Below, piece by piece: positions 38,140 through 48,664 of a DNA stretch of 64,000 nt. The notes below the pieces were generated by a model, which searched no databases, was not told where the DNA came from, and worked only from the letters and a program-made list of their open reading frames with translations. Within the stretch, counting starts at the first letter, position 1. Each line of letters begins with the position of its first letter. Position numbers and translations under genes: made by a program. This stretch comes from Candidatus Woesearchaeota archaeon (lineage in GTDB: Archaea > Nanobdellota > Nanobdellia > Pacearchaeales > GW2011-AR1): assembly GCA_964606775.1 (NCBI GenBank), contig CAZSGW010000002.1, forward strand, positions 16,129 to 80,128, read 5' to 3'.

Positions 38140-38197
38140 CTTCAATCGAAATTGAACTCTTCAAATCTTTTATAAATAATATTTTCTTAAATAATCC

Positions 38198-38785
38198 ATG
38201 GAAAATGATAACTATCTTTTAGTTTCGCTAGACGATGAAAAATCTAAATCAATAGCAGAGGTTCTTTCAAGTAAAACCTCAAAGAAAATAATTGAATATC
38301 TTTCAAATAACAAAGAAGCAAGCCAAAAAGATTTATCTGATGAATTAAAAATACCTCTAAATACAATAGGAAATAACATAAAAAAACTTTTGGCAGCAGG
38401 ATTCATAAAGAAAAGAAAAAACTTCTTCTGGAGTAAAAAAGGAAAGAAAATAATTATGTATGAATTATCAAAGAAGTCAATCATAATTTCGCCAAAAAAA
38501 TCAAACCTTAAAAAAATAAAATCAATCCTCCCTGCATTTATATTAACTTTGGCAGGAACATTTGCAATCGGAGTATTCCAAAAGATAAGAAATTCCTCTT
38601 CCAAAATACCTGAATCTCAAATAATGTATTCAATGGGGGATTCAGCAATAAAAACAGGGTCAATAATGCCTGAAGCTACACAAACTATTGCTTCATCAAC
38701 GGGAAACCCTCTCTGGCCTTGGTTTTTACTAGGCTCACTAATGGCAATAGCAATAATATCAATTGTAAATTGGAGAAAATTATAG
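38198..38785 (+). CDS. winged-helix regulator with C-terminal transmembrane segments
   Basis: ArsR/TrmB-like wHTH then two TM helices. Confidence 0.5.
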   Translation: MENDNYLLVSLDDEKSKSIAEVLSSKTSKKIIEYLSNNKEASQKDLSDELKIPLNTIGNNIKKLLAAGFIKKRKNFFWSKKGKKIIMYELSKKSIIISPKKSNLKKIKSILPAFILTLAGTFAIGVFQKIRNSSSKIPESQIMYSMGDSAIKTGSIMPEATQTIASSTGNPLWPWFLLGSLMAIAIISIVNWRKL

Positions 38786-38805
38786 AAATGAAAGGAGGAA
38801 ATAAA

Positions 38806-39555
38806 ATGAAAAAAGATAATAAAGCAATAATTATAACTTCAATTATTTCTGGAGTTATTTTGATTATTGCACTTCTTGCATTATCTGTCTTGAATCCAGC
38901 AAGCTCACAAAAGAACAGTGTTACTGTTCAAGGCCTCGCAGAAGTTCAGGTAGAGCCAGACTTGATGGGAATTTATTTCAACATTCAGACAACTGGAAAT
39001 ACTTCTTCTAAAGCAAAAGATGAAAACAATGAAATTTACAACAACCTTGTTTCAGAGCTTTCAATAGATGGATTTGATCAAAGTAGACTAAAAACACAAT
39101 CTTTCAATGTTTACCCCAATTATGTTTGGGAAGATGATGAAAGAATCGAAAATGGTTACCAAGCGAGTCACTCTCTAAAACTTGAACTAAGTTCTGATGA
39201 GTTTAATAAGGTAACAGAGGTTATTGATGCAGGTGTTGATTCGGGCTCTGGAATTAGTTACATAAACTATGAATTGTCTCAAGAATCTCAATCTGAATAC
39301 AAGGCCCAAGCTTTAGAACTAGCATCAAAGGACGCAAAAGTTAAAGCGGAAGCGGTTGCATCAGGTTTCAACAAAAAAGTTGGAAAATTGGTTTCAGTGC
39401 AAGTTAATGATTTCGGATACTATCCTTGGGTAGCTTATTCTGGAGGTTACGAAGATGGTGCTGTTGCAAGCGTAGCAAAAGAATCTGTTGCAGAATTCAA
39501 CCCTTCTGAACAATCTGTAAATGCAAGAGTAAGTGCAACCTACAAACTAAGATAA
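38806..39555 (+). CDS. SIMPL/DUF541-like secreted protein
   Basis: start chosen at ATG preceded by GGAGG; signal/TM then SIMPL-like domain ending ...VSATYKLR. Confidence 0.5.
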   Translation: MKKDNKAIIITSIISGVILIIALLALSVLNPASSQKNSVTVQGLAEVQVEPDLMGIYFNIQTTGNTSSKAKDENNEIYNNLVSELSIDGFDQSRLKTQSFNVYPNYVWEDDERIENGYQASHSLKLELSSDEFNKVTEVIDAGVDSGSGISYINYELSQESQSEYKAQALELASKDAKVKAEAVASGFNKKVGKLVSVQVNDFGYYPWVAYSGGYEDGAVASVAKESVAEFNPSEQSVNARVSATYKLR

Positions 39556-39596
39556 TTTTTAGTTAATTTTTTAACCTATTTTTTCTTTTTTATTTT

Positions 39597-40118
39597 ATGA
39601 TACTAATAATCAAAACAAATTCAAATGAATTACACGATTTGGAATTTGTAAAACCTATAGAAAATATTCTCAAAAAAGATTTCAAGACAGTTCACTACTC
39701 AAAACTTTCCAAAAAAGATCTTGAAATGGCAGAAAAGATAATAATAACTGGAACATCCTTACAAGATAATAAATTCCTAAAAAATATAAAACAGTTTGAA
39801 TGGATAAAAAATTTCAAAAATCCCATTCTAGGAATTTGTGCTGGACATCAAATTATCTCTTTAATTCACGGAGCAAAAATAAAAACAAAAACCGAAATTG
39901 GATTTTACAAAGAAACATTCAAAAAAGAATTTTTAGGACTAAAAGGAGAACAACAAGTTTACCACTTACATAATAACTATACAACTTTACCTAAAAAATT
40001 TGAAAAATTTACAAATTCAAAAATTCCTCAAGCAATAAAATACAATGAAATTTATGGGATACTATTCCACCCGGAAGTTAGAAATAAAGAATTAATTGAA
40101 AATTTTATAAACACCTAA
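39597..40118 (+). CDS. class I glutamine amidotransferase (possibly GMP synthase subunit A)
   Basis: GICAGHQ nucleophile-elbow motif, conserved His/Glu near C-terminus. Confidence 0.65.
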   Translation: MILIIKTNSNELHDLEFVKPIENILKKDFKTVHYSKLSKKDLEMAEKIIITGTSLQDNKFLKNIKQFEWIKNFKNPILGICAGHQIISLIHGAKIKTKTEIGFYKETFKKEFLGLKGEQQVYHLHNNYTTLPKKFEKFTNSKIPQAIKYNEIYGILFHPEVRNKELIENFINT

Positions 40119-40177
40119 CTTCATATTAAATAATTCAAAAGTTTATCCTAAAACAAAAGCTGGTAAAAATTACTAAT

Positions 40178-40666
40178 TTAATTCTTACTTATTTTAGATA
40201 GATTCAGCGCTCGGTCATAGACCATTTCCGTTATTTTATCTATCGCACGAATATAACTTCTTCTTGAAATATAATCTTTAGTATTCTTTAAAGGAATCTT
40301 CCCCCGATTTTCCCTCTGAATTCTCTTAACCCGAGAAATATATTCATCAAATTTTTCTCTCAATTCTTGATTACTTCTCTTATAGTTATAATTAGTTTCA
40401 GGCAATATCCTGCCTCTCTTAAAAAACATTTCATCAACTACTCCTTTCAGCTTAGACCCTCTAATTTCAATATTTTCTTGTAATGCTTTTTTAGAAAAAA
40501 TTTCGGGAGAATCCAAGTTTCTAGTAAAGGAATCATACGAGTATTTTAAAAAAAGATACTCGCTATCCAACTCTTTATTTCTCATTTCTTTCAACTCCCT
40601 AGAAAACGAATCTAGCATTTCTGTATTTCTTAATTTACACCTTTCTTTAAGATTAAAAATTTCCAT
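40178..40666 (-). CDS. hypothetical protein (paralog of next gene)
   Basis: RRSYIRAIDKITEMVYDRAL vs RHSYIERMKCLEKILHERFF. Confidence 0.4.
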   Translation of the reverse strand: MEIFNLKERCKLRNTEMLDSFSRELKEMRNKELDSEYLFLKYSYDSFTRNLDSPEIFSKKALQENIEIRGSKLKGVVDEMFFKRGRILPETNYNYKRSNQELREKFDEYISRVKRIQRENRGKIPLKNTKDYISRRSYIRAIDKITEMVYDRALNLSKISKN

Positions 40667-40707
40667 TACTTCTCGAGGGAAAAATACTTTATAAGAATTA
40701 TTATATT

Positions 40708-41169
40708 TCAGTATGTAAAGAATCTCTCATGCAGGATTTTCTCAAGACATTTCATTCTTTCAATGTAACTATGTCTAAGCTCCCCATCACTGCTACCTCT
40801 ACGAGGTATTTTTTTGTGTTTGTCCCAAAGTCTTTTTACTTCATTTGAAATGTACTTGTATCTACTAAGCAATTTTGCAGTCGGTTCTTTTACATTCTCT
40901 TTAATTTCAGGTATTTGACCGTTCCTATTAAAGCTCAAATATTCATAATAAAGTTCTTTCAGCCTAAAATTAGCTTCATTCGCCAATGTAAAATATTTTT
41001 TAGATATTCTCATGAAAGTTTGAATTCTACCTTTTTGTTCCACTTTAGATTCGGAGAGTATTCTGTTCTTTAGCTCAAAATTTTTAGAATAATAGTCATA
41101 TTTTCTCTTAATAACTACAAGTTCATTATCCAATTCTTTCTTATTTAGTTCAGAGTATTTCGTAACCAT
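40708..41169 (-). CDS. hypothetical protein (paralog of previous gene)
   Basis: see above. Confidence 0.4.
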   Translation of the reverse strand: MVTKYSELNKKELDNELVVIKRKYDYYSKNFELKNRILSESKVEQKGRIQTFMRISKKYFTLANEANFRLKELYYEYLSFNRNGQIPEIKENVKEPTAKLLSRYKYISNEVKRLWDKHKKIPRRGSSDGELRHSYIERMKCLEKILHERFFTY

Positions 41170-41208
41170 ATACTAAGGAATTTGCATTTATTTATAAGAA
41201 TTATTATA

Positions 41209-42378
41209 CTACTTCCTCTGGAAGATAACATTTTTCTTAGAGATTTTTTCTAAGGTTACAAATTTTTCTTTTCCTGTTTTCATATCTTTAACTTTAACTT
41301 TCTTCTGCTTAACTTCTTGCGCTCCAACAAAAATAACTTGCGCAACGTCATAAGAGTTTGCATAATCTAACGCTTTTGACGGCTTGCCATAAAAAATCAA
41401 AACCCTATTATCTTTATCTCTTAGCTTCTCAGCAATCTTAATAGCTTGCTTATCCTCATTCAAAGAAACCACTAAAATCTTATTTTTTTTATCTACAATT
41501 TTTGCCAAGGAACTCAATCTTTCCAAACCAAAACTAATTCCCGCACACTGAATATTATTAAATTCATAGCTTCCACCACCAACAATCGTCTCTTTCATTT
41601 CGGAAGTTTTAATTTCCCAAACATTTCCATTATAATAACTTAAACCTCTAACTAAAGAAGGTTGAAATTCAAATTTAATTCCATACATTTTACAATATCT
41701 TTCCAATTCTTTAACCTCTGAGAAAGCAGGATATTTTTCAAAATTCTCTTTCTTAAAAACATTCAGAATCTTTTCAGCACCATACCTTTTCAAATTATTT
41801 CTGACCTCCTTCTCGGACAATTTATCTAGTTTATCAATTTCTCTCAAAACTTCCTCCCTGTTTTTTACTCCTTGTTCTCCCAATATTTGATTAACTAATT
41901 TTCTATTTCCAACACAAATTTTAAAATCAATCTTTAAACTCCCTAAAATTTCTTTTACTAGTTTCAAAATCTCTGCCTCATCTTTTATCGAACTTCCAAC
42001 TATGTCTGCATCTGCCTGAAAGAATTGTCTAAATCTGTTTCCTGAAACTGGCTCATCTCTAAAAACAGGCCCAATTTGGTAACGTCTAAATGGAAGCTTC
42101 TTGTTTTGCATTAACCTTTTCAACTGAAATGTAAACTCATATCTCAATGCTAAATTTCTTTTACCTTTATCTTGCAACTTAAAAATATCTGAAATAACCT
42201 CGTCCCTCTTCTGTTCAGGAGAACCTTTCACAAATTCTTCATACTCTACAACAGGAGTCTCAACAGAATTAAAACCATATTTTTCAAAAGTCTCAACTAA
42301 TAATTTCTTAATCTCTGTTCGTTTATCAGCTTCTTCTCCAGCATAATCCTTGAATCCTTTCACCAAATCTGTTTTCAT
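41209..42378 (-). CDS. hisS: histidyl-tRNA synthetase
   Basis: class II aaRS motifs (RYQIGPVFRDE...RFRQFFQADADIVG), C-terminal anticodon-binding domain; adjacent tRNA-His. Confidence 0.8.
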   Translation of the reverse strand: MKTDLVKGFKDYAGEEADKRTEIKKLLVETFEKYGFNSVETPVVEYEEFVKGSPEQKRDEVISDIFKLQDKGKRNLALRYEFTFQLKRLMQNKKLPFRRYQIGPVFRDEPVSGNRFRQFFQADADIVGSSIKDEAEILKLVKEILGSLKIDFKICVGNRKLVNQILGEQGVKNREEVLREIDKLDKLSEKEVRNNLKRYGAEKILNVFKKENFEKYPAFSEVKELERYCKMYGIKFEFQPSLVRGLSYYNGNVWEIKTSEMKETIVGGGSYEFNNIQCAGISFGLERLSSLAKIVDKKNKILVVSLNEDKQAIKIAEKLRDKDNRVLIFYGKPSKALDYANSYDVAQVIFVGAQEVKQKKVKVKDMKTGKEKFVTLEKISKKNVIFQRK

Positions 42379-42438
42379 TTTATACCTCCTTTATTTTGAA
42401 ATTTATTAAAATTTCCGTTTGTAATTCATATTGTAAAG

Positions 42439-42511
42439 GGCGGAAGGAGGGAATTGAACCCTCTTCTCGCGGACCACAACCACACGTCATAACCATTAGA
42501 CCACAACCGCC
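42439..42511 (-). tRNA. tRNA-His (anticodon GTG) with genome-encoded G-1
   Basis: rc G-GCGGTTGTGGTCTAATGGTTATGACGTGTGGTTGTGGTCCGCGAGAAGAGGGTTCAATTCCCTCCTTCCGCC-C; anticodon stem TGTGG/CCGCG, loop TTGTGGT; G-1 pairs discriminator C73; two U-U mismatches in acceptor stem. Confidence 0.7.
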
Positions 42512-42617
42512 ATAATTTAATTCAGAAGCCAAGCTATTAAAACTTTTCCTAATGATGAATACATTGACCAATTTTAATCGCCATAATTTTTTCAAAGGAT
42601 AAGTATTTTTAAATGTT

Positions 42618-43763
42618 TCAATCCAAACTATTAACACTCTTTTTTACTAAATCCATTAAATCTTTTTTCTCATCTTCCAACCTTTTTTTTCTTTTTTCTT
42701 TTGAAACCCTTGTTTTTTCTAAACCTTCAATATCAGCTTCCTCTTTTTCAATTTCTTTGTAATGCATTTCTGTTTTATCTTCTTTGATTTTATTTTTTAA
42801 TTCTTCCAATAATTTCTCTTTTTTCTGAATTTCTTCTAATTTATTTTTAATCTCGGGAGTTTTAAGATTAGCTTCCGTCAACAAATTAATTATTTTATCT
42901 TTATTCTCATTGAAACTATCTAAAAAATTTTCCTTGTATTCCTTGATAATTTTAATTTTTTCAGGAAAAACATGCATAAAATTAGATAATTTCTTAAAAT
43001 CAATTTTTTCTTTTAGATTTTTAATAAGAATCTCCCGTTCCCTTTTTATAGAATAAACTTCCTTCTTTTTTTCCAAATTTTTTAAATAATCTTCAGATTC
43101 TTTAATCTCCTTTATTTTATCTAAGACATCTTGTTTTTTATTCTCTTTTTGCAATAATTTCTCCTGTAATTCTTTTAAATAATCTTCAATTTCTTTAATC
43201 TCTTTCTCAGATTCTTTTATTTTATCTAACTTTGGTTTTACAAAATCTATCTTCTTTGTTTTTTCAGCTAAGCTTCTATTTCCACTAAAAACATTTATAA
43301 TTTCCTTAGAAAATTCTCCCAAACTGTTTTTTATTTCATTCAATTCTTTCCCTATAAAATAATTTGCTTTTTGATAACTTTTATCTGTTTTTTTATAAAA
43401 ATCCGCAAAAAGTTCATTTATCTTACTCACATAATTTTCAAGATTATGCTCTTTTATATTTTTTATATCCGAAATTAATCTTTGTGTTTTTTCGATATAA
43501 TCTATTTTTCCTTGTTTTACAATTGATTTTTCTTTTTCGCCGGATTTGCAAGAATCTACATCAAAGTTACTTAAAACTTCTAATTTCTCTTTTAGATTTT
43601 CAGTAAATTTATTTGTTTTTTCATCAAGATTGCTTAGAATTTCTTTTTCAGGATTATTTTTTAATTCTCCATTAACCCAGTCTTCAATTTCAGAAAAATC
43701 TAGCTTCTTTTTGGTTTCTTCTTTAATTTTTTTCTTCTTTTTAAGAAAGTTAAACAACCCCAT
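42618..43763 (-). CDS. K/E-rich coiled-coil protein, N-terminus MGLFNFLKKKKK
   Basis: 381 aa, low-complexity heptad-like repeats. Confidence 0.45.
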   Translation of the reverse strand: MGLFNFLKKKKKIKEETKKKLDFSEIEDWVNGELKNNPEKEILSNLDEKTNKFTENLKEKLEVLSNFDVDSCKSGEKEKSIVKQGKIDYIEKTQRLISDIKNIKEHNLENYVSKINELFADFYKKTDKSYQKANYFIGKELNEIKNSLGEFSKEIINVFSGNRSLAEKTKKIDFVKPKLDKIKESEKEIKEIEDYLKELQEKLLQKENKKQDVLDKIKEIKESEDYLKNLEKKKEVYSIKREREILIKNLKEKIDFKKLSNFMHVFPEKIKIIKEYKENFLDSFNENKDKIINLLTEANLKTPEIKNKLEEIQKKEKLLEELKNKIKEDKTEMHYKEIEKEEADIEGLEKTRVSKEKRKKRLEDEKKDLMDLVKKSVNSLD

Positions 43764-43834
43764 GGATAATTTAAAAGAAGCAATTATATAAATCTTTTAG
43801 ATAGAATTTTAAATCAAGTTATTTTTTACTTATT

Positions 43835-45010
43835 ATGGAAAAACGAGAATTACTATCTCCCGCAGGAAATTTTGCAACATTGCAAACAGCAATAAACGCT
43901 GGAGCGGACGCAATTTATTTCGGATTAAAAGAATTCTCTCTAAGAGCTGGAGCAAAGAATTTTGAATTAAAAGATTTAGACAAGATAAATTCAATTTGTA
44001 AAGAATCAAAAATAAAAAAATATCTTACTTTAAATTCAGTGATTTACAATGAAGAACTAAAAAAATTAGAAAAAATATTTAAAAAAATAAAAGGAAAAAT
44101 CGACGCCGTGATTTGTTGGGATTTAGCAGTTATTCAATTATGTAAAAAACATAAAATTCCATTTCATATTTCGACTCAGGCTTCTGTTTCAAATTTAGAG
44201 TCCGCAAAATTTTATAAAAAACTCGGAGCGGAAAGAATAGTCTTAGCAAGAGAATTAACCCTAAAACAAATCAAAGAAATATCAAAAATAATTGATGTAG
44301 AATGTTTTGTCCACGGAGCAATGTGCATTGCAGTTTCAGGAAGATGTCTAACCTCCCAATTTCTTTTTAATAAATCGGCGAATAGGGGACAATGTATTCA
44401 CCCTTGTAGAAGAAGTTACATAGTAAAAGATAAACAAGAAGGTTATGAATTAGAAGTTCAAAATGACAAAATTTTATCTGCAAAAGATTTGTGCACTCTG
44501 CCTTTTATCGAGAAATTAAAAAAGGCGGGAATAGTCTCTTTCAAAATTGAAGGAAGAAATCGTGACCCTCGTTATATAGATACTATCACTCGAATTTACA
44601 AAAAAGCGCTAACTAAAAAATTAACAAAACAAGAGATAGAATCTTCTTTAGGAGAACTAAAAAAGGTTTACAATAAAGGATTTTCTTCAGGATTTTACCT
44701 TGGTTTACCTACCTCTGATGATTTATCAAAAGCAGAACACTCTCAAGCTATCGAAAAGAAACATTTTGTTGGAAAAGTAACACACTATTATCCAAAAATA
44801 AAAGTTGCAACAATTAAGTTAGTATCAGAACTAAAAACCGGAGATAAAATCATTGTAATTGGAAAAACAACTGGATTAAAGAAATCTAAAATTGAAAAGC
44901 TGGAAATAAAAAATAAGTCTGTTAAAAAAGCAATTAAGGGACAAGAAGTCGGAATAAAACTTCCAAACGTTAAGAAAAATGACGAGATTTATTTAATAAA
45001 GAAAAATTAA
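43835..45010 (+). CDS. peptidase U32 family protein
   Basis: N-terminal ELLSPAGNFATLQTAINAGADAIYFG... signature. Confidence 0.8.
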   Translation: MEKRELLSPAGNFATLQTAINAGADAIYFGLKEFSLRAGAKNFELKDLDKINSICKESKIKKYLTLNSVIYNEELKKLEKIFKKIKGKIDAVICWDLAVIQLCKKHKIPFHISTQASVSNLESAKFYKKLGAERIVLARELTLKQIKEISKIIDVECFVHGAMCIAVSGRCLTSQFLFNKSANRGQCIHPCRRSYIVKDKQEGYELEVQNDKILSAKDLCTLPFIEKLKKAGIVSFKIEGRNRDPRYIDTITRIYKKALTKKLTKQEIESSLGELKKVYNKGFSSGFYLGLPTSDDLSKAEHSQAIEKKHFVGKVTHYYPKIKVATIKLVSELKTGDKIIVIGKTTGLKKSKIEKLEIKNKSVKKAIKGQEVGIKLPNVKKNDEIYLIKKN

Positions 45011-45471
45011 AAATTTAAAGAACTTCCACCTTCACAAACATATTTATCTCCTTTCTCAGTAATAAAATAAACATGTATTTCAACTTGAGCAGGTGTAAAA
45101 CTAAATCCTGAAACATCGATATTTTTCAAAGTAGTTGTTGCAAGTGGCGCAATAGTATTATCCTTGTCAATTATTTCACTATTTTCATTATCAACATCTA
45201 AAAAAATCATTCTAATTCCATCAATTTCTCCACCAGAAGCACTTCGAGATAACGTAACTTGGCACATTCCCTCGTTACATGAAGCCTTGATGGGTTCAAC
45301 ACTTACCTCCATACATGATGTTCCATATTCAACATTACTCGCACTTTTTGAAACAGTATTATTAATCACAACCCAAACAACACCAGCCGCAACTAAACCT
45401 AATAAAATTACAATAAGAATCGTAACAATTCCACTCAACCCCTTCTTGTTTTTCATAGTTTCATTAGTCAT
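45007..45471 (-). CDS. archaeal type IV pilin-like protein (class III signal peptide)
   Basis: KKG-LSGIVTILIVILLGLVAAG prepilin-like N-terminus. Confidence 0.4.
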   Translation of the reverse strand: MTNETMKNKKGLSGIVTILIVILLGLVAAGVVWVVINNTVSKSASNVEYGTSCMEVSVEPIKASCNEGMCQVTLSRSASGGEIDGIRMIFLDVDNENSEIIDKDNTIAPLATTTLKNIDVSGFSFTPAQVEIHVYFITEKGDKYVCEGGSSLNF

Positions 45472-45480
45472 TTTTTATTT

Positions 45481-46701
45481 TTAAAGTTTGTTACAATTGT
45501 CCAATAAATAAAAATATTCTTTTTTATCTAAAATCTTATCACTCTCAGAAAGTCCAATATTCTCTGCAAGTTTCAAAAATGCCTCCGGCTTGTATCTCTG
45601 TTTTTTTAATGCTTGAATAGTCGGCAATTTTGAATCATCCCACCCAGAATATTTTCCTTCCTCAATTCCTTTCCTAAATTCACTCGTAGATAAAGTCAAA
45701 TCCTTAAAATGCAATCTTCCTAAAAATCCTGTCCAGGGAATTTTATTTTCAAATCCTAAAGCCTTGTAAATAATTTCCTGTCTCTTCGCATTATCTCTAT
45801 GGTCTTTCCCTCTGATAATATGGGTGATTCCCGTTTCTAAATCATCAATTGCAACAGATAAGTTCATCAATGGCCAGACTTTATGTTTTTCCTTAATATA
45901 TGGATGTTCTTCCTCATTTATTCTCGCCAAAGGAAAATCCCTCATTGCAGGATTCTTATGTTGCATCCCTCCCAAATCTTCGGGAGTCTTAATTCTTAGA
46001 ACAGCTTCGCCAGATTTAAATCCATCAGAAGCAATCATCTTTTCCCAATCTTGAATGTTCTCCTCAACACTTTTACTTCTACATGGGCACTCTTTTTTCT
46101 TTTTAGAAAACTCCCTAAAATCATCACCAGAACAAGTGCAAACATAAGCAGAATCTTTCTCAACCAATGAAACGGCATAACCATAATACAAATCCAATCT
46201 CTCTGACTGAACCATAATCTCAGCTTCTCCATTAGAAAGCCATTCAGAATCTTCTTTTAATAAATCATAAGCTTCAGTAAAAACATTTTCAGGATTAGTA
46301 TCTTCAATTCTAAAATACATCTTTCCTCCATACTTTCTAACATAAGCCAGATTCAAACAATAAACTAAAGCATGACCAATGTGCAAAGGCCCAGAAGCCG
46401 AAGGAGCAAACCTCATGACAACCCCTTTCTCAGTATTAGGTAATTCAACTAAACCTTCACGAACTTCTCTTTCAGAAATTAAATCACTAAATTTTTCAAA
46501 ATCCTTTTCTTGTTCTTCTAAAGATAACTTTTCAACTTCTTTAACTATTTCTTGGATTTTAGGCATAATATCTTTAACTTTATCTTTCTCCAACCCCTCA
46601 TTGAACAATGCAGAAACCACTGCTCCAGGATTTGCCTTTCCATTGTAAGCAATTGAATTTTTCAAAACATAAGCCCGAATTTTATCTTTTGATATCTCCA
46701 T
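45481..46701 (-). CDS. gltX: glutamyl-tRNA synthetase-like class I aaRS (short form)
   Basis: MRFAPSASGPLHIGH HIGH motif; 406 aa, apparently lacking the long C-terminal anticodon-binding region. Confidence 0.6.
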   Translation of the reverse strand: MEISKDKIRAYVLKNSIAYNGKANPGAVVSALFNEGLEKDKVKDIMPKIQEIVKEVEKLSLEEQEKDFEKFSDLISEREVREGLVELPNTEKGVVMRFAPSASGPLHIGHALVYCLNLAYVRKYGGKMYFRIEDTNPENVFTEAYDLLKEDSEWLSNGEAEIMVQSERLDLYYGYAVSLVEKDSAYVCTCSGDDFREFSKKKKECPCRSKSVEENIQDWEKMIASDGFKSGEAVLRIKTPEDLGGMQHKNPAMRDFPLARINEEEHPYIKEKHKVWPLMNLSVAIDDLETGITHIIRGKDHRDNAKRQEIIYKALGFENKIPWTGFLGRLHFKDLTLSTSEFRKGIEEGKYSGWDDSKLPTIQALKKQRYKPEAFLKLAENIGLSESDKILDKKEYFYLLDNCNKL

Positions 46702-46735
46702 AGTTAAACCCCGAAAAATGAGTTAATAAAATTAT

Positions 46736-47119
46736 CTAGAAAACTCCATAAGGAGTCTCTCCTGAAGTTCCAACACCACCTTTCTTTTCAAGAACCTCGA
46801 TTCTTTGTTGCAAATGATAAATTTGATTAGATAAATCTTCAATTTTTTCAGTCATATCACTTAACCTCTTTGCCAATCTTCTCCTTTTTTCATCAACATC
46901 CATAGTAGAATCGCCAGAACTATAATCTACATATCCCGATGTTTCAGAGCTACTCTCAGGAGTGTTGGAACCAGCATTAAAAAAATTACCAAAAGGGCTA
47001 GCAGGTTCTGAATTGCTCGCCATAGGCGTTTCATTTTTAGTGTCTACTCTTTTCCTAGGATACGCTCTTGTTAAATCAACAACTTCACTTCTCTTTTTCT
47101 TAAATAAACCCATAATCAA
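46736..47119 (-). CDS. hypothetical protein, N-terminus GLFKKK, C-terminal coiled coil
   Basis: 127-aa ORF. Confidence 0.35.
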   Translation of the reverse strand: MIMGLFKKKRSEVVDLTRAYPRKRVDTKNETPMASNSEPASPFGNFFNAGSNTPESSSETSGYVDYSSGDSTMDVDEKRRRLAKRLSDMTEKIEDLSNQIYHLQQRIEVLEKKGGVGTSGETPYGVF

Positions 47120-47192
47120 CTAACACAAATATTGTTTTTAAGGATTTCTAAGGTTACAAACATTTTTTAAAGATTAAAATATTTTCAATTGT

Positions 47193-48602
47193 ATGGAAAC
47201 AATTTCAGAAATAATTGAAAGAATAAGTCCATATTATAAAAAGAAAAAGGGGCCAGAAGGAGAACATAAACTTATTTATGACTCAGGTTCTGAGACTCTA
47301 GAACCAATTTATTTTTTCATCTTAGATTTAATGAGAGATTTTGGACTAAATGTCGATAAATTAGTTGACAATTTCACTTCATCTCCTGGTTCGGGGCACT
47401 TCGGGGAACTAGGACAGAAAGCAACTATGATGCAACAACAAGGTTCAAAACTTCTCGGAGACATGAATACCGTCCTAAGAAGTGTTCTGAATATTCTATA
47501 TGATTTAAAAGATTTCAAGATAAGATTGGACCATTACACGAATTTAAGATCAGATGATAAAAACAAACGCGAAGCAGCAAATCTATCTCTAAAACAAATA
47601 TGGATGGACAAAGTAGATATGCAAAAAGGAAACTCAGCACTTAAAGCAATGGCTTTCGGACAAGGAGGTTTTGTAACTTTAATCGATGCATTTCTAGCAG
47701 CAAAAGACGAAAAAGATGTTGAAAATTTAGACATCAATGACAGGGTTAAAAGAGTTTTAAGACCAAGACTACAAGAATACAATCTTTGGTTAAAAGAGTC
47801 AGAAAGAGAATTAAAAAAAAGATATGAACTAGAAAAGAATTATTTAAGAAGTCAGGTAAATAGTTTAGAAATGTACTCTCGTTGGGCAAAACCTTATCTA
47901 AAAGCCGCGTTCCAATTAGAACAAAAAGAGCAGGGAAGAAGCCCAGATTTAATTAAAACTTTTAACACAATTATTTTGGAGTTAACTATTTTAGGAAAAC
48001 AAAAAATAAAATTAAAAGATTCTGCAATCGCAGGAGATTTACCCAAAGAATTCTCCGATGAGAAATTCCTTAAAAATTTCAAAAGAGGTTACAATGTTTG
48101 TATTTTAGTGGACTTTAATTTTAGAGGCATCCCTCAAAAAATAAGTCAGAGAGGAGATTATTCCTTTGGAGGTAAAACCGAAGTAATCTTCAAAGCATAC
48201 GCTCTAAATGACGACGAACTAAAAAAACTAGACCAAGAATTAAAACAGTCAGACATCTCTAACGCATTACAATTGATTGAGGGAACAACCGAACAAAGCA
48301 TGAAACAAATACAAGACGAAATTAATTTCTATCTTGATGAAAAAGACGAATCTTCTGGAAGCGAAAAAAAAGAAAAAAGTGACTCATCAAACCCTTTCTT
48401 AGCTTTAATTGGAGGATACAATAAATCTTCTAAATCCAAACCAAAACCTAAAAAGAAAGACGAACCAATAAAAGAGATAAATAAGGACTCTTGGCTTGAG
48501 GCAAAACACATTCGTCCTCTTGCAGCAACAAATGCAGAAGATCTCACATTCAACCTATTTGATGTTTACAAAAAAAGCCACGGAATGGCAAGTTATACTT
48601 AA
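47193..48602 (+). CDS. hypothetical protein
   Basis: 469-aa ORF, coiled-coil segments. Confidence 0.45.
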   Translation: METISEIIERISPYYKKKKGPEGEHKLIYDSGSETLEPIYFFILDLMRDFGLNVDKLVDNFTSSPGSGHFGELGQKATMMQQQGSKLLGDMNTVLRSVLNILYDLKDFKIRLDHYTNLRSDDKNKREAANLSLKQIWMDKVDMQKGNSALKAMAFGQGGFVTLIDAFLAAKDEKDVENLDINDRVKRVLRPRLQEYNLWLKESERELKKRYELEKNYLRSQVNSLEMYSRWAKPYLKAAFQLEQKEQGRSPDLIKTFNTIILELTILGKQKIKLKDSAIAGDLPKEFSDEKFLKNFKRGYNVCILVDFNFRGIPQKISQRGDYSFGGKTEVIFKAYALNDDELKKLDQELKQSDISNALQLIEGTTEQSMKQIQDEINFYLDEKDESSGSEKKEKSDSSNPFLALIGGYNKSSKSKPKPKKKDEPIKEINKDSWLEAKHIRPLAATNAEDLTFNLFDVYKKSHGMASYT

Positions 48603-48664
48603 TGTTACTTTTATATAATTACAACAAAGTAAAGCTTTTTAAAGAAAATTCTATTTGATACCCT

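Noticed and set aside
42380-42637. 85-aa minus-strand ORF
   Set aside because: Overlaps tRNA-His completely.
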